Positions 11,320 through 22,798 are shown, numbered from the stretch's first letter. The stretch is DNA of 64,000 nucleotides from an uncultured Chthonomonadaceae bacterium (GCA_963817895.1 CAWFQB010000004.1:384001-448000); one strand, 5' to 3'. Translations and numbers: made by a program. The notes: generated by a model not told the origin, from the sequence alone.

Positions 11320-11320
11320 G

Positions 11321-12791
11321 TCACGCTTTCAGTTTCTCGTCAACGGCGGCATTGACGTCTTTCGGGTCGAGTTTGCCGCCTCCGGCTTTCATCACCTGCC
11401 CGACAAGGAAGCCGCGCTTGTTGACCAGGCCTTTTTCTTTGATGGCCGTGACCACATCGGCGTTTTCGGCAAACACGTTTGTCGATGATCGCCTGTCAGC
11501 GCGCCCGTGTCCTTGACCGTTTTCAAGCCCTTCGCGGTCGGCAATCAGGTTCGGTTCCTCGCCCGTCGCGAACATCTGTTCCAGCAGTTCTTTGGCGATA
11601 TTGCCGCTGATGGTGCCGTCCGCAATCATTCGATCATGCCCGCGAGATGCGCGGGCGAGATCGGGCAGTCGGTGATGTCCTGTGCCGCCGCGTTCAGCAG
11701 GCGGCTCAGGTCGCCCATCATCCAGTTGGCGGCGGCTTTCGGGTTGCCGCCGCGCTGTAGCGGCTTCCTCGAAATAGTCGGCCAGCTGGCGCGAGTCCGT
11801 CAGCCATGCGGCGTCGTGCGGCGGGCAGGCCGAACTCGGACATAAACCGCGCTTTGCGCGACATCGGGCAGTTCCGGCATGGTCGCGCGAATCTGCTTCG
11901 ATCCATTCCGGCGTGATATGCAGCGGCACCAGATCGGGTTCGGGGAAGTAGCGGTACTCCTGCTCCACTTCCTTGCTGCGCTGCGAGAACGTCTCCTGCT
12001 TCGCGTCGTTCCAGCCCCGCGTCTCCTGCGCGATCCGTTCGCCCCGCTCCAGCAGCTTCCGCCTGCCGCTCCACTTCGTACTCGATGCCCTTCTGCACGG
12101 CCCGGAACGAGTTCAGGTTCTTGATTTCGGTTTTGGTTCCGAACGTATCGGAACCCTTGGGACGGATGGAGACGTTCGGCTCGCAGCGCAGCGACCCCTC
12201 TTCCATTTTGCCGTCACACACCTCAATATACGTGAGGATGGCGCGAAGTTTCGTGAGATAGGCGCGGGCCTCGTCGGCGGAGTGGATGTCGGGCGGAAAC
12301 TCCGTCACGATCTCCATCAGCGGCACGCCGCTGCGGTTCAAATCCACATAACTGTCGTTGCCCGCGACATGAAACAGTTTGCCCGTATCCTCTTCCAGAT
12401 GGACGCGCCGGATGTGGATGCGCTTGGTTTCGCCGTTCACTTCGACGTCCAGCCAGCCGTTGACGCCGATGGGAAAATCGTACTCGCTGATCTGGTAGCC
12501 TTTGGGCAGGTCGGGATAGAAGTAGTTTTTGCGGTCGAATTTGGCGTTCGGATTGATCGTGCAGTTCAGCGCGAGCGCGGTGCGCATCACATGCTCGACC
12601 GCCTTTTTGTTCATCACGGGCAGGCGACCGGGCATTCCCAGGCAGACGGGGCAGCAGCGCGTATTCGGCTCGCCGCCGAACTTGTTCTCGCACCCGCAGA
12701 ACATTTTGCTTTCCGTCAGCAGTTCCGCATGGCACTCCATGCCGACAACCGGTTCATACTCAATTGCGATTTTATTTTCGATTGCTGTCAT
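11321..12791 (-). CDS. gatB: Asp/Glu-tRNA amidotransferase subunit B (multiple frameshifts in 3' half)
   Basis: VGMECHAEL...[72 protein letters not shown]. Confidence 0.95.
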
Positions 12792-12800
12792 TGTTCCCCT

Positions 12801-13357
12801 TCATTCCATTTTCTTGACCATACATATTTTCATTACGTGAGTGGCGGCAGTCAGCAGTTGCATATAAACCACGTCCAGCCACTGGTCGAATTTGTAAACC
12901 ACTTCTTTGAAGTCGGGCCACCTGCTCAAAGCCGAAAGCCGCATGAAGGCGGATACTGGCCTCGTTGCTGCCGTCAATGCTGGCGAGAATGGAGTGGAAG
13001 CCGTGTGCCGCCGCGTGTTCAATCAGGGGCGGCAAGCAGCAGTTTGCCCACGCCCTGCCCGCGCCACTCGGCATGAACGTACACGGAGTTTTCTACCGTG
13101 AAGCGATAGCCGATGCGGGTGTGATAGGGGCCATACGCGCTCCAGCCCACAATCTGTTCCGGCTGTTCCGAATTGGTGTGGACGGCAACGAAGATGGGAA
13201 AGCCTTTCTCCGTTCGCTCGGCAAACCACGCCTGCCGCATTTCCAGCGTGTGCGGTTCGTAATCCGCAGTCGCGGTGCTGTGCGCGACGGCATGGTTGTA
13301 AATTTCCAGAATACCGGGCAGGTCATGCCCGTTTGCCGGACGTACAGCAATGCTCAC
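12801..13357 (-). CDS. GNAT N-acetyltransferase (phosphinothricin acetyltransferase/YncA-like), frameshifted
   Basis: EIYNHAVAHSTAT, YRFTVENSVYV...RGQGVGKLL, NEASIRLHAAFGF and KFDQWLDVVYMQ spread over three frames; 3' end approximate. Confidence 0.85.
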
Positions 13358-13388
13358 GGGACTCTCTCCTCTTCGACGCGCGCCGGGT

Positions 13389-14201
13389 TTATTCCTGCCC
13401 ACCCGATGGACGTACAAGCTGTTCCGGCTGCCGCTCTTCCGCGTACGCGGCGGGGCGCAGCATCTCTTGCGGCGGGGTGTGCGAACTGATGGAGCGCAAC
13501 AACGTAGCCTGCGAAAGCTGCACGGGTTTCTCAGCAGCGCGTACCAGCGTTTCCGCAGCGGGCAGATGCCCCGTATTGGCTGCCGTCAACGGGACGCCGA
13601 CCTCTGCTTCCTCCGCTTTCCTGATCCAGACATTCGCGCCTACGATACAGCTCAGGATAATCAGCGGGAAGATGGTCAGGTGGAACAGACACCAGGGCAG
13701 CCAGTTCGCCGGAAGAGGCATGCCCTTCGTCAGCACCTTAGATGAAGTAGGCTCAGTCTCAGGCTGGGGAGAGCCAGCTATGGGCTGAAAAGTGTCTACC
13801 GTGAGTTTCGTGCCGTAATTAGATACAATCTCATGAGGCTGACTTGCCAGATAAGTATCAATGTCATCGCCGATGCAGATAACGCCTGCCAACAGCACAC
13901 CCGCCCCTACCACTAAAAAACCCATTCCTGCGCCGGCCTTGCGAAAACGCCTGCCCTGCGCCTGCATATAATTGCGCCAGGGAAGCACACGGGGTGGACG
14001 AGCGGACATTTGTGCCTGCTCGCTTAAAGCGTCCGAATTTTGTTCGCTTCCATGATCCGAAGCCTGCTCTGTTGGCGTATCCTCCGTCTGTTCCGCTGGC
14101 CGTCCTCGATGCAGATGATAGTCGGCATCGTATTCAAGCGCTTCCAGAAAGGGCGTTATGCTGATGCGTGGTCGGGTTTTCGATGCCGGTTCTTCGCTCA
14201 T
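13389..14201 (-). CDS. Hypothetical membrane protein with C-terminal LVRA/LLR repeat tail
   Basis: Two TM segments. Tail VPLTAANTGHLPAAETLVRAAEKP...LLRS...EQLVRP is paralogous to the 17357 gene. Confidence 0.65.
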   Translation of the reverse strand: MSEEPASKTRPRISITPFLEALEYDADYHLHRGRPAEQTEDTPTEQASDHGSEQNSDALSEQAQMSARPPRVLPWRNYMQAQGRRFRKAGAGMGFLVVGAGVLLAGVICIGDDIDTYLASQPHEIVSNYGTKLTVDTFQPIAGSPQPETEPTSSKVLTKGMPLPANWLPWCLFHLTIFPLIILSCIVGANVWIRKAEEAEVGVPLTAANTGHLPAAETLVRAAEKPVQLSQATLLRSISSHTPPQEMLRPAAYAEERQPEQLVRPSGGQE

Positions 14202-14261
14202 GCCAACGTCTCCGATCTTTAGAAAGCGATCCCTGAAAAGCGTACAGGGGCGTGAGATAAC

Positions 14262-14795
14262 TCACGCCCCTGCGTGCAACCCTTGATTTCGGCTGCGGGA
14301 AAGTTCAGGCGGCGCGCGATAACGCTCTGGTTGTTTGCTGTCCACTGGGCGGGCGACAGCGCAGGATTTCGTCAGTTTCGGGCCGCGCGCTCCCAACAGC
14401 GCGATGTCCTCCACGCTTCGCGCCTGCCACAGGCTTGCCATCGCCTGCGCCATCTGCTGCGCGGCGAATTCCGCTTCGTCCAGCAGGCGGCGCGGGTCGG
14501 GAGATTGCGCCACGTAGTACACAAGGCATTCGCGTCCGTCCGACTGCTCATGGGTCCAGCCGTACTGCGCGAACAGGCTGTCCATCCGATGCTTGCGCAT
14601 ATCGGTGAACGTTTCCGGCAGCAGAAATTGCACCATCAAATGGCACTTCGCGCCGCCCTGTACGCTCACTTGCAGCCAGTCATGCAAGTTTTCTCGACTC
14701 GCGACCTGATGAAGCGGCTGATCCGCCCGATTGTCGGCCCACGTCAGCGCGTGTCCCGGCCCCATGCAGATGATTTCCTGTAGCTGTACGGTCAA
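14262..14795 (-). CDS. Hypothetical protein
   Basis: 177-aa ORF co-oriented with flanking genes; no recognisable motif. Confidence 0.45.
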   Translation of the reverse strand: MTVQLQEIICMGPGHALTWADNRADQPLHQVASRENLHDWLQVSVQGGAKCHLMVQFLLPETFTDMRKHRMDSLFAQYGWTHEQSDGRECLVYYVAQSPDPRRLLDEAEFAAQQMAQAMASLWQARSVEDIALLGARGPKLTKSCAVARPVDSKQPERYRAPPELSRSRNQGLHAGA

Positions 14796-15084
14796 ATACT
14801 CAGCGAGAGGCAGGTGATTGGAATTATGTCTGCGTATTCGGTTGTGTATGCAATTGCGTGGTCATGGTGTTTACTTCCTGTTGCGAACGCTATGGCTCGC
14901 GCCGTTTCAGAAAGCAGGAAGATGGCGGAATTGCCGCTGTTATCACGGACAATTCGCCACTTCACCATGCGGGCCGCCTGCTTTCAGAAACGACGTGTTA
15001 TGTTTTCTGAGTGTCGGCTGAAAACCCTATTTTGTTCATGCACTTACAGACTTTTACGCAAACAAGCGGGCAAAAATTGTTTGC

Positions 15085-16551
15085 TTACAGTGTTGGGCGC
15101 TGCTTGTGCCATTCGGTTGCCTGCTCGTAGGTGTAGGCGATCGCGCAGCAGGGTGGCCTCGTCGATACGCTTTGCCGATCAGTTGCAGGCCGACGGGCAG
15201 GCCGTCCACAAAGCCGCACGGCAGCGACAGTCCGGGCAGTCCCGCCATGTTGACGGGCAGGGTGCAGATGTCGAGCAGTTTCATCGCCAGCGGGTCGGCC
15301 TTTTCGCCGATGCGGGGCGCGACAACGGGCGACGTGGGCGTTAGCAGCGCATCGAAGGTCTCGAAAGCGCGGTCGAAGTCCTGCCGGATCAGCGTGCGCA
15401 CCTGCTGCGCCCGCTTGTAGTAGGCGTCGTAATAGCCCGCTGACAGCGCGTAGGTTCCGATCATGATGCGCTGTTTCACTTCCGCGCCGAACCCCTCGTC
15501 CCGCGTTTTTTCGGTCAGGCCGATATGTCCCGCCAGTTCTTTGGTGCGCAGGCCGTACTTCACGCCGTCGAAACGGGCCAGATTGCTGCTGCACTCGGCG
15601 GGCGCGAGGATGTAGTAGGCGGCAAGGCAGTAATCGGTGTAGGGCAGGGAACACTCTCCCACCGTCGCGCCCATTTCGGTCAGTTTCGCGATCGCCTGCT
15701 GCACCACTTTCGCCACTTCCGGCGTAACGCCCGCGCCGAAATACTCTTTCGGAATGCCGATTCGCAGCCCTTTGACGCCCGCCCTGCAACGCGGCTTGTC
15801 GAAGTCGGGAACGGGCATATCGGTACTGGTGCTGTCGAGCGGGTCGTGTCCGGCAATGGCGTTGAGCATCAGGGCGCAGTCGCGCACATCTTTGCTCAAC
15901 GGCCCGATCTGATCCAGCGAACTGGCGTAGGCGATCAGGCCGTAGCGGCTGACGCGCCCATACGTGGGTTTCAGGCCGACGATGCCGCACAGACTGGCGG
16001 GCTGCCGGATAGAACCGCCCGTATCCGAGCCGAGCGCGATCAGCGCTTCGCCTGCCGCCACCGCCGCCGCCGACCCGCCCGAAGAGCCGCCCGGCATGCG
16101 CGTCAAGTCCCACGGGTTGTGGCTGGTGTGAAAGCCGGAATTTTCGGTAGACGACCCCATCGCGAACTCGTCCAGATTGGCCTTGCCGACAAACACGGCT
16201 CCCGCGTCTCGCAGTTTCTGAACAACCGTCGCGTCATACGGCGGCACGAAGTTATACAGGATCCGCGACCCCGCCGTCGTGGTCACGCCCGTCGTACACA
16301 TGTTGTCTTTGAGCGCGACGGGAATACCCGCAAGCGGCGGCAGCGTCTTCGCCCCGCACGCCGCTTAGCGTCCGCCTGCTCCGCCTGCGCCAGCGCCTGT
16401 TCCGGCAGTATGGTCAGGAACGACTGCACCCGCGCTTCGACCGCGTCAATCCGCTCCAGAACGGCCTGCGTCAGTTCGCGGCGAAGAAATCTGTCTGGCG
16501 GCAAGCTGCTCCCGCGCTTCCCCAACCGTCAATTCGATAAAGTTCCGGCAT
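15085..16551 (-). CDS. gatA: Glu-tRNA amidotransferase subunit A (several frameshifts)
   Basis: Amidase signature [63 protein letters not shown]. The C-terminus [12 protein letters not shown] is in another frame. Confidence 0.95.
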
Positions 16552-16575
16552 CCATGAATCCTTGTTTCTCGTTCA

Positions 16576-16867
16576 TCATTCGCCTAAAATACGGGGCACC
16601 ACAAAGCAGCCCTCGCGCTGTTCCGGGGCGTTGGCAAGCGCCTGTTCGCGGGACAGGGAGGGGCGTATCGCGTCTTCGCGCAGCACATTGAAGACGGGAA
16701 TGGAGTGGGAGGTCGGCTCGATGCCGGTCACATCCAGATTTTGCAGCGCCTCGAACTGCGCCAGCAGGTTGTTGAGGTTGGTACGCCTGCGCGTCGATTT
16801 CCTCGTCCGTCAATTCCAGTCGGGCCAGAAGCGCGACTTTGCGCACTTCTTCAGCGGATAAAGCCAT
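16576..16867 (-). CDS. gatC: Asp/Glu-tRNA amidotransferase subunit C (frameshift near 16785)
   Basis: MALSAEEVRKVALLARLEL start; C-terminal FVVPRILGE in another frame; upstream of gatA. Confidence 0.9.
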
Positions 16868-17090
16868 AACCAAAACTCCTGTCATGCGTTCCCATTTGCC
16901 GGACACAGGAAAAGACGACTGTGCAGCAAAGCATTGCGCTATTTCCTCTACCGACAAGTCCAAGCCGCAAATAGTTTCCCGCCAAGCCGTCATTACAACA
17001 TCGTCAACGCGGGAAAAGTTTCCTCATTATAACTGTTTTGTACGAGCGCTGACAAGAGGGGCAGTGGCAATACCGTTCAACTAAGCGTTC

Positions 17091-17308
17091 GTAGGGACAC
17101 AACTTGTTGTATCCTCCCCCTTCTACACCGTCAAGGTAGAAGAGTAGGGTACGTTGTAGGGGTTCTGCTTGCTGAACCCTCACCGCAACAAACCAGACCG
17201 GACTGCGCCCCCGCTCCATCCTCAGGTTGTAGGGGTTCCGCTTGCTGAACCCTCCTCAACATTGGTTGAACCCTCCCCGTAACAGGGCGCGGCAAGCAGC
17301 GCCCCTAC
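17091..17308. repeat. Cluster of GTAG-type REP-like palindromes
   Basis: gtagggacacaacttgttgtatcc (17091); gttgtaggggttcYgcttgctgaaccctc at 17153 and 17226; inverted agggcgcggcaagcagcgcccctac (17284-17308). Confidence 0.75.
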
Positions 17309-17787
17309 TTAACTGTTCTCTCTGAATGGTGTGTCAGCGCGTAAAACTATCTGCCCTCACTCCTGTCCATTGACTGCCCGGACAAGTTGTTCCTCATACT
17401 TTCCCTGTCCTTCTGTAGCAGCCCGCAGCAACACGGCTTCCTGTGCCTGCATCGGCTCTGAACTGGCGCGTACAAGGCTGTCGAGGGTGGGCAGGTCGGC
17501 GGTATTAGCGCGGGTGAGTGGAACGTCAACATTGATGCGTCTAACCGCTCTAATTGCCGTTACCACCGTTAAACCGTAGCTCATTAACATAACAGCCACC
17601 GCACAGATTATGGCAAAGCCGCTGCTTATAGCCATGCCCTCCGGCCTTGTGAGCCAGAGCCGCAGCATATTTTTCAGGCAAGCAAACATAACAATACTTG
17701 CGATTGCGCCGAGGAACAGCAGAATAGATTTGGTGACTACCTGCCTCGCATACTCTCCTTTGCTCACAATCCGCTTGCCCGTCTTCG

Positions 17788-19050
17788 TATAATGACCCCA
17801 AGAATTCGGACAGTGGTTTAAGGTGGTGGCTGTGTCACAATAAACACAGGAGAACCCACTATGTCTACCATCCGTAAACGCTATTCTGCCGAGTTCAAAG
17901 CAAAACTGGCTTTGGAAGTGGTCAAAGGCAACCACACTCTTGCCGAGATTGCCAGTGACGCGCAAGTGCATCCCAATCTGCTGATGCAGTGGAAAAAGCA
18001 ACTGCTCGACAGTTTGCCTACGGTCTTTGCCGATAAGCGCGTCAAAGACACCAAAGACCAGGAAGAGAAAGAAGCCCAACTTTACCAGCAGATCGGCCAA
18101 CTCAAGGTTGAACTGGACTGGCTCAAAAAAAAATCAGGTCGCCTCGGTTGAGACGCTGCGGCAGCGCGTGGAAGTCGGGCATCCGCATCTGAGCATTGGG
18201 CGTCAATGTGAACTGCTCGGTCTGTCGCGTTCCGGCTACTACTACCAGCCAACAGGTGAAAACGCGTTCAATCTGCTTCTCATGCAGCTCATAGATAAGG
18301 AGTATACCAAGCATCCATTCTTCGGCTACCGGAAGATGGTTCATGTCTTGCGCGAAGACGGGCATCTTGTCAACAAGAAGCGGATTGCCCGCTTGATGCA
18401 GGTTATGGGATTGCAGGCCATGGTTCCCGGCCCGAATACGAGCCGCCCGCATCCTGAAAATCCCATCTACCCGTACCTTTTGCGCGGCGTCAAGATAAAC
18501 GCAGTCAATCAGGTGTGGAGTTGCGACATCACCTATATTCCCTTAGAGAAAGGATTTGTCTACCTGTTTGCCATTATCGATTGGTACAGTCGCTTCGTTC
18601 TGACGTGGCAATTGTCCAACACGCTCGACACGGCTTTTTGCTGCGAAGGACTGGATCAGGCTCTGGGAAGCGGTAAGCCCATGATCTTCAATTCGGATCA
18701 GGGCGTCCAATTTACCAGCAAGGAGTTCACGGGTCGCTTGCTATCCGCCGACATTACCATCAGCATGGATGGACGAGGCCGGGCGCTGGACAACATCTTC
18801 GTGGAACGCTTGTGGCGAACGGTCAAATACGAAGACGTGTATCTCAAAGGCTACGAAACGCCAAAAGCCGTGTACAACGGATTGCACAGCTACTTCCAGT
18901 TCTATAATGAAGCGCGTCCGCACCAAGCGCTGGCCTACAAAACACCAGCCCAAGTGTATCAACAAGCGCTCGGTTGCTAGAGCAAAACAACCGATGCGGC
19001 GACCACCTTAAACATGACGAAAATTTGTCTTGACAAAGGGGGTCACTATA
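17788..19050 (+). mobile_element. IS3 family insertion sequence (1263 bp)
   Basis: Imperfect terminal IRs tataatgacccc... / ...ggggtcactata; internal IR ttaaggtggt / accaccttaa; orfA and orfB with A9 slippery site at 18125-18133. Confidence 0.92.
17861..18980 (+). CDS. IS3 family transposase OrfA (17861..18151) / OrfB, joined by programmed -1 frameshift
   Basis: OrfA HTH YSAEFKAKLALE...LYQQIGQLKVELDWLKKK. OrfB DDE: WSCDITYI, FNSDQGVQF, DNIFVERLWRTVKYE. Confidence 0.93.
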
Positions 19051-19071
19051 TCAACTCCATCCCTGCGCCTC

Positions 19072-20676
19072 CTAAAAATGGTACGTGGCTTCGGCATACG
19101 CGAAGGTGGCTTCGTGGCCGCGATAAACGCTGCTGATGACGTTGCCGCCATTGGCATAGGCGAAGTACAGGGACAGGGTGAGGGCGCGATACGCCTGATA
19201 ATCTACGCTGATGTCGTACAGGTTGGCGAGATTGCTATGCCCGTTGCTCGGTCTGCCCGTGAAGCCGAAATTGCGGATTTCATACGCGCCGTTGCCCGAA
19301 TACCACAAATCCTGACTCTGGGCGAGGCGCAGGCTGTGGGCGTCGGCGCGAATGGAAACGCGCGGGTCGGGCCGCAATATCACCTGCGCGAACAGGTCTT
19401 CCAGATTGGCCTGATTGAAGAACGGGAAGCGCGCGAACGTGCGGGACGTATATTCCGGGGCGGTAAACGTGCCGTGAATATTATCGTTGGGATTGCCGTC
19501 GCCGCTGTAGTAGTTGTAGCCCGCGCGCAGCCAGGGTTTCAGAACGGGAAAGTGGGGCTGATACCCGGCTTCCGCCGCGAACGCGAACGCGCCGTGTCGC
19601 AAACTGCCCCACCGCCCCATTTGCCCCGCGCCCCAAAACATGGCGTCCACTTTGCCGTTTCCCAACGGTTCCACGCGGGTATAATTGCCGCCCAGCGTGA
19701 GAATCGTAATGTCGCCCGTATCCCCGGCGCGAATCGGCTGATTCTGCGCGTTCGTCAACGGGCGATTGTCCACCTTTACTACCTTACCATCCCGCCCGTC
19801 ATTGTACAGTAGGGCGAACAAACGCCCCTCCCCGCTGGCATGAGGGCCGGACTGTGGGTAGGTTGCCGCAAGGTAGCCAAGCTGAATGTCGGCAAGCGTG
19901 TCCCATCCGTTCAGGTCGTAATTGCCCCGCGTGGGCAGGATAAACATGGCTGTGATGTTGCGCCCGGACGTATTGTTGACCGCCTGTATACCGTCGAAAC
20001 TGCGCCCGATGTTGGTATACACCGAAGGGCTGATTAATCGCTGCCCGATACGGTTTTGTTTGATCCACGTCAGGGAGGGATCGAGGCTGACGGTTTCCAA
20101 TCCGTCCGTCGCCTCGAAACGGCCTAAGCGAACGGTATTATTAGGGTTGCCCGCGTTCTTGAAACGAACATAGCCCTGCTTCAGAAAGAAGCCCGCCGAT
20201 TGATTATGGTCGGCGTTCTGATAATTCGCGCCCTGTCCCAACGCGCCCTCCGCGCCGGACGCAATCGCCCGCGTGGGCAATCCTGCCAGAAACGGCGCGT
20301 CGAATTCCACGACAACATCTTCCGTGCGCGTCGCCCGACTGATACCCGCCCGTACAAATCCGCCAAAAAACGTGTACGCGCCATTGGCCTTTGCAGCCGG
20401 AAACCAGTTATAGTCCTCTTCGCGCACACGAATCGTTCCGAACGCCTGATAGCCGACGCAATTCAGGGGCGGGGGGGTTGCCGAACCGGGCGAAAAGTAG
20501 GCGGGCAGTATCGCGCCGGGGGCAGTGGTTTGCGGCGCGGTCGTCGTGGTTGTTTGCGTCGCGGGCATTTCTGTTTTGACGGGGGCAACTTTGACGGGCG
20601 TGGCGGGCGTTTCGGCGGTCTGCCCGCCTGCAATCAGGGTAAACGCAAGCAGGCAGGGCAACACTGAAGGGAACAT
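19072..20676 (-). CDS. Alginate-export-family outer-membrane beta-barrel protein
   Basis: Signal peptide; VRLGRFE, GRSFDG, AAEAGY, YNYYSGDGNPND..HGTF; terminal aromatic beta-signal YAEATYHF. Confidence 0.75.
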   Translation of the reverse strand: MFPSVLPCLLAFTLIAGGQTAETPATPVKVAPVKTEMPATQTTTTTAPQTTAPGAILPAYFSPGSATPPPLNCVGYQAFGTIRVREEDYNWFPAAKANGAYTFFGGFVRAGISRATRTEDVVVEFDAPFLAGLPTRAIASGAEGALGQGANYQNADHNQSAGFFLKQGYVRFKNAGNPNNTVRLGRFEATDGLETVSLDPSLTWIKQNRIGQRLISPSVYTNIGRSFDGIQAVNNTSGRNITAMFILPTRGNYDLNGWDTLADIQLGYLAATYPQSGPHASGEGRLFALLYNDGRDGKVVKVDNRPLTNAQNQPIRAGDTGDITILTLGGNYTRVEPLGNGKVDAMFWGAGQMGRWGSLRHGAFAFAAEAGYQPHFPVLKPWLRAGYNYYSGDGNPNDNIHGTFTAPEYTSRTFARFPFFNQANLEDLFAQVILRPDPRVSIRADAHSLRLAQSQDLWYSGNGAYEIRNFGFTGRPSNGHSNLANLYDISVDYQAYRALTLSLYFAYANGGNVISSVYRGHEATFAYAEATYHF

Positions 20677-20709
20677 TCAATAATCCTTGTTGTTTTTAAG
20701 ACGTGGTTA

Positions 20710-22497
20710 CTACCGGGTCGCTCCGGCTTTGACCAGCGCATCCACCATCGCCGGGAAATGCTGCTGTTTTGCAATTGTCAGCGGGGTGACGCCACTGGAA
20801 TCGGCGGCGTTGGCATTTGCGCCATGCGCGGCCAGCAGGCTGATACGCTCCGGGGCCATGCGCGTGACGGCGTGATGCAGGGGCGTCTGTCCGTGATAGT
20901 CTCGCGCGTTGGCGTCCGCGCCATGTTCCAGCAGCGCGGCAACCACGTTGTTATAGGAGGTCCGCATCAGGGCGGTCTGGCCCTGCGAGTCGCGCTCGTC
21001 CACCTTTGCGCCCCGCGCGATCAGCAGGGCAACCATTTCGGGCGTGGAAGCGCGGGCAATCAGCATCGTATCCTGCGTTCCGCCGCCGGCATTTGCCCCC
21101 GCTTTCAGCAAGAGCCGCATCACTTCGCTGCTCTGAGTGTGCATTAAGGCGGTATTGCCCTGATGATCGCGGGCATTAACTTCAACTCCATGCGCCAGCA
21201 GCACCTGCGTTGCGGCGGGAGAATCGCAGGCAAGCATCAGGGGCGTTTCCCCCCGCGTGTTCTGCGCGTGGACATCGGCTCCATGCTCTATCAGGAATTG
21301 GACAATGTCGCCATTGGTCGCGTTCGCCGCCGCCATCAGGGGCGTTGTTCCCCCGGTTGCGGGGTCCAGAACCGGATTCACTTTCGCGCCGCGTTCTACA
21401 AGTAGGCGGCAGATGGGAAGGTCGTGCATGGCCGCAGCGGTTATCAGCGGCGTAGAGTAGACAGACAGAGCGGATTGGCGCGGGCCGGCTGCAATGGGCG
21501 ACGGCTCGACGGAAACGTCCCTGTCCAGCAACGCTTTGACAGCCTCCGGTTTGCCGGAATGAATGGCGCTGGTCAGCGCGGCAGTCCCCATCATCTGGCG
21601 CGTCTCGGCATCCAGTTTCTTGTCCCAGATCGCGACAATCAGCGCGGCGGAACCCTGCTGCGCGGCCCATAGCAGCGGCGTCCGCTGTTGCTGCATAACG
21701 GGCCGATTGTAGGGCATATTGAATTGCGAACCATTGCCCTCAGGCATGATTGGCGGAGTTTCCAGCGCGTCCAGATTGGCTCCCCGCGCCAGCAGCAGTT
21801 TTATCGCGTCCTCATGGCGGTTGCCGCAGGCGAGGCAAAGGGCGGTCTGTCCCTGCGCGTCTTTCTCCTCGATGTCGGCCCCGGCGTTCAGCAGCAGGGC
21901 GGCAACGTCCGTGTTGCCGGATAGGGCGGCCAGATGCAACGGGGAGTGGCCCTCGCTGTTATGGACGCGGATATCGGCTCCCTTCGCCAGCAGCAGCCTG
22001 ATTGTGTTCGCGTCGGGAGTGGTGGCGGCGGCCAGCAGCGCGGTCAGGCCATTGGCGAGTTTGACGTTGACGTTCGCGCCATGCGCCAGCAATTCATTGA
22101 CGATCCCCTCGCTGTCCGAACTTGCCGCCATCATCAGCAGCGTTCGGCTTTTGCCGGTACCCGGATTGGCAGGCCAGCCCGGAAGGTAGCGCAGCAATCC
22201 CGGCGTTTCATCCGGCGTGTGAACGAATCGCTGATTCGGGTCGGCCCCGCCACGCAGCAAATCGCGGACTTCCGCCACATCATGCTCCATCACCGCTGCC
22301 CGCAGCGCGTCATTGGCGCGAATATGCCGGACGTGAAGGAATTCGCCCCCGGCCACAAGCAGCGCGAGGGCAAGCAGCAGATGCCGGTTGCGCCGTTTGG
22401 AAGCCAGTGGCGTGGTGACAAGTTTTTCGTAATAGTCGGCGGACGACGGCGCGACTGCGGGCGCATCGTTCGGCTGCGAGGAGAGTGGAGTGGTCAT
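20710..22497 (-). CDS. Membrane-anchored ankyrin-repeat protein
   Basis: One N-terminal TM segment, then many GxTPL/TALxxA...LLxxGAD/NVN repeats. Confidence 0.93.
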   Translation of the reverse strand: MTTPLSSQPNDAPAVAPSSADYYEKLVTTPLASKRRNRHLLLALALLVAGGEFLHVRHIRANDALRAAVMEHDVAEVRDLLRGGADPNQRFVHTPDETPGLLRYLPGWPANPGTGKSRTLLMMAASSDSEGIVNELLAHGANVNVKLANGLTALLAAATTPDANTIRLLLAKGADIRVHNSEGHSPLHLAALSGNTDVAALLLNAGADIEEKDAQGQTALCLACGNRHEDAIKLLLARGANLDALETPPIMPEGNGSQFNMPYNRPVMQQQRTPLLWAAQQGSAALIVAIWDKKLDAETRQMMGTAALTSAIHSGKPEAVKALLDRDVSVEPSPIAAGPRQSALSVYSTPLITAAAMHDLPICRLLVERGAKVNPVLDPATGGTTPLMAAANATNGDIVQFLIEHGADVHAQNTRGETPLMLACDSPAATQVLLAHGVEVNARDHQGNTALMHTQSSEVMRLLLKAGANAGGGTQDTMLIARASTPEMVALLIARGAKVDERDSQGQTALMRTSYNNVVAALLEHGADANARDYHGQTPLHHAVTRMAPERISLLAAHGANANAADSSGVTPLTIAKQQHFPAMVDALVKAGATR

Positions 22498-22798
22498 AAT
22501 AACGGTTCTCCCAAAACGTCAGGTGAAAGCAGTGACGGCAAAGCGTGGCTGACAGGAAGGTTTCGACGCGGCGAACGTGGTTCCTGCCAGCCGAAACAAA
22601 AAGGAAACAAAAAAGTTCTTCCTGCGAATATATGCCTAATTATAACCCAAAACAACGTAAAGGGGTTTCCTTCCGTCCCGCATTTTGCTATAATGGCGCA
22701 GTCCATGTTTATCGCATTCTCATTTTAATACGCGCCTTGCGCTTTTGTTGAAAGTCGCTGAACGCGAGAACACTAAAGAAAGAGATGTATACCGCGCT

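Larger units (their letters stand above)
17357..19060 (-). pseudogene. Membrane protein with LVRA/LLRA tail, interrupted by the IS3 element in codon 4
   Basis: Removing 17788..19050 gives AGGAGG-N7-ATG GAG TTG ACG AAG = MELTKTGKRIVSKGEY..., a 146-aa ORF (19060..19051 + 17787..17357). Confidence 0.85.

Noticed and set aside
7130..16867. Dense frameshifts in gatA, gatB, gatC, HEAT, GNAT, YggT and CPBP genes, suggesting pseudogenisation or programmed recoding
   Set aside because: GatCAB is normally essential, residues on both sides of each shift remain conserved, and similar single-base shifts hit coxIII, the ABC lipoprotein and the MTase. Sequencing or consensus indels are the simplest explanation; read mapping would confirm.
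17153..17308. Two 29-bp direct repeats with a ~44-bp spacer resembling a mini-CRISPR
   Set aside because: Only two direct copies plus an inverted variant, with a GTAG-hairpin REP structure and no cas genes.
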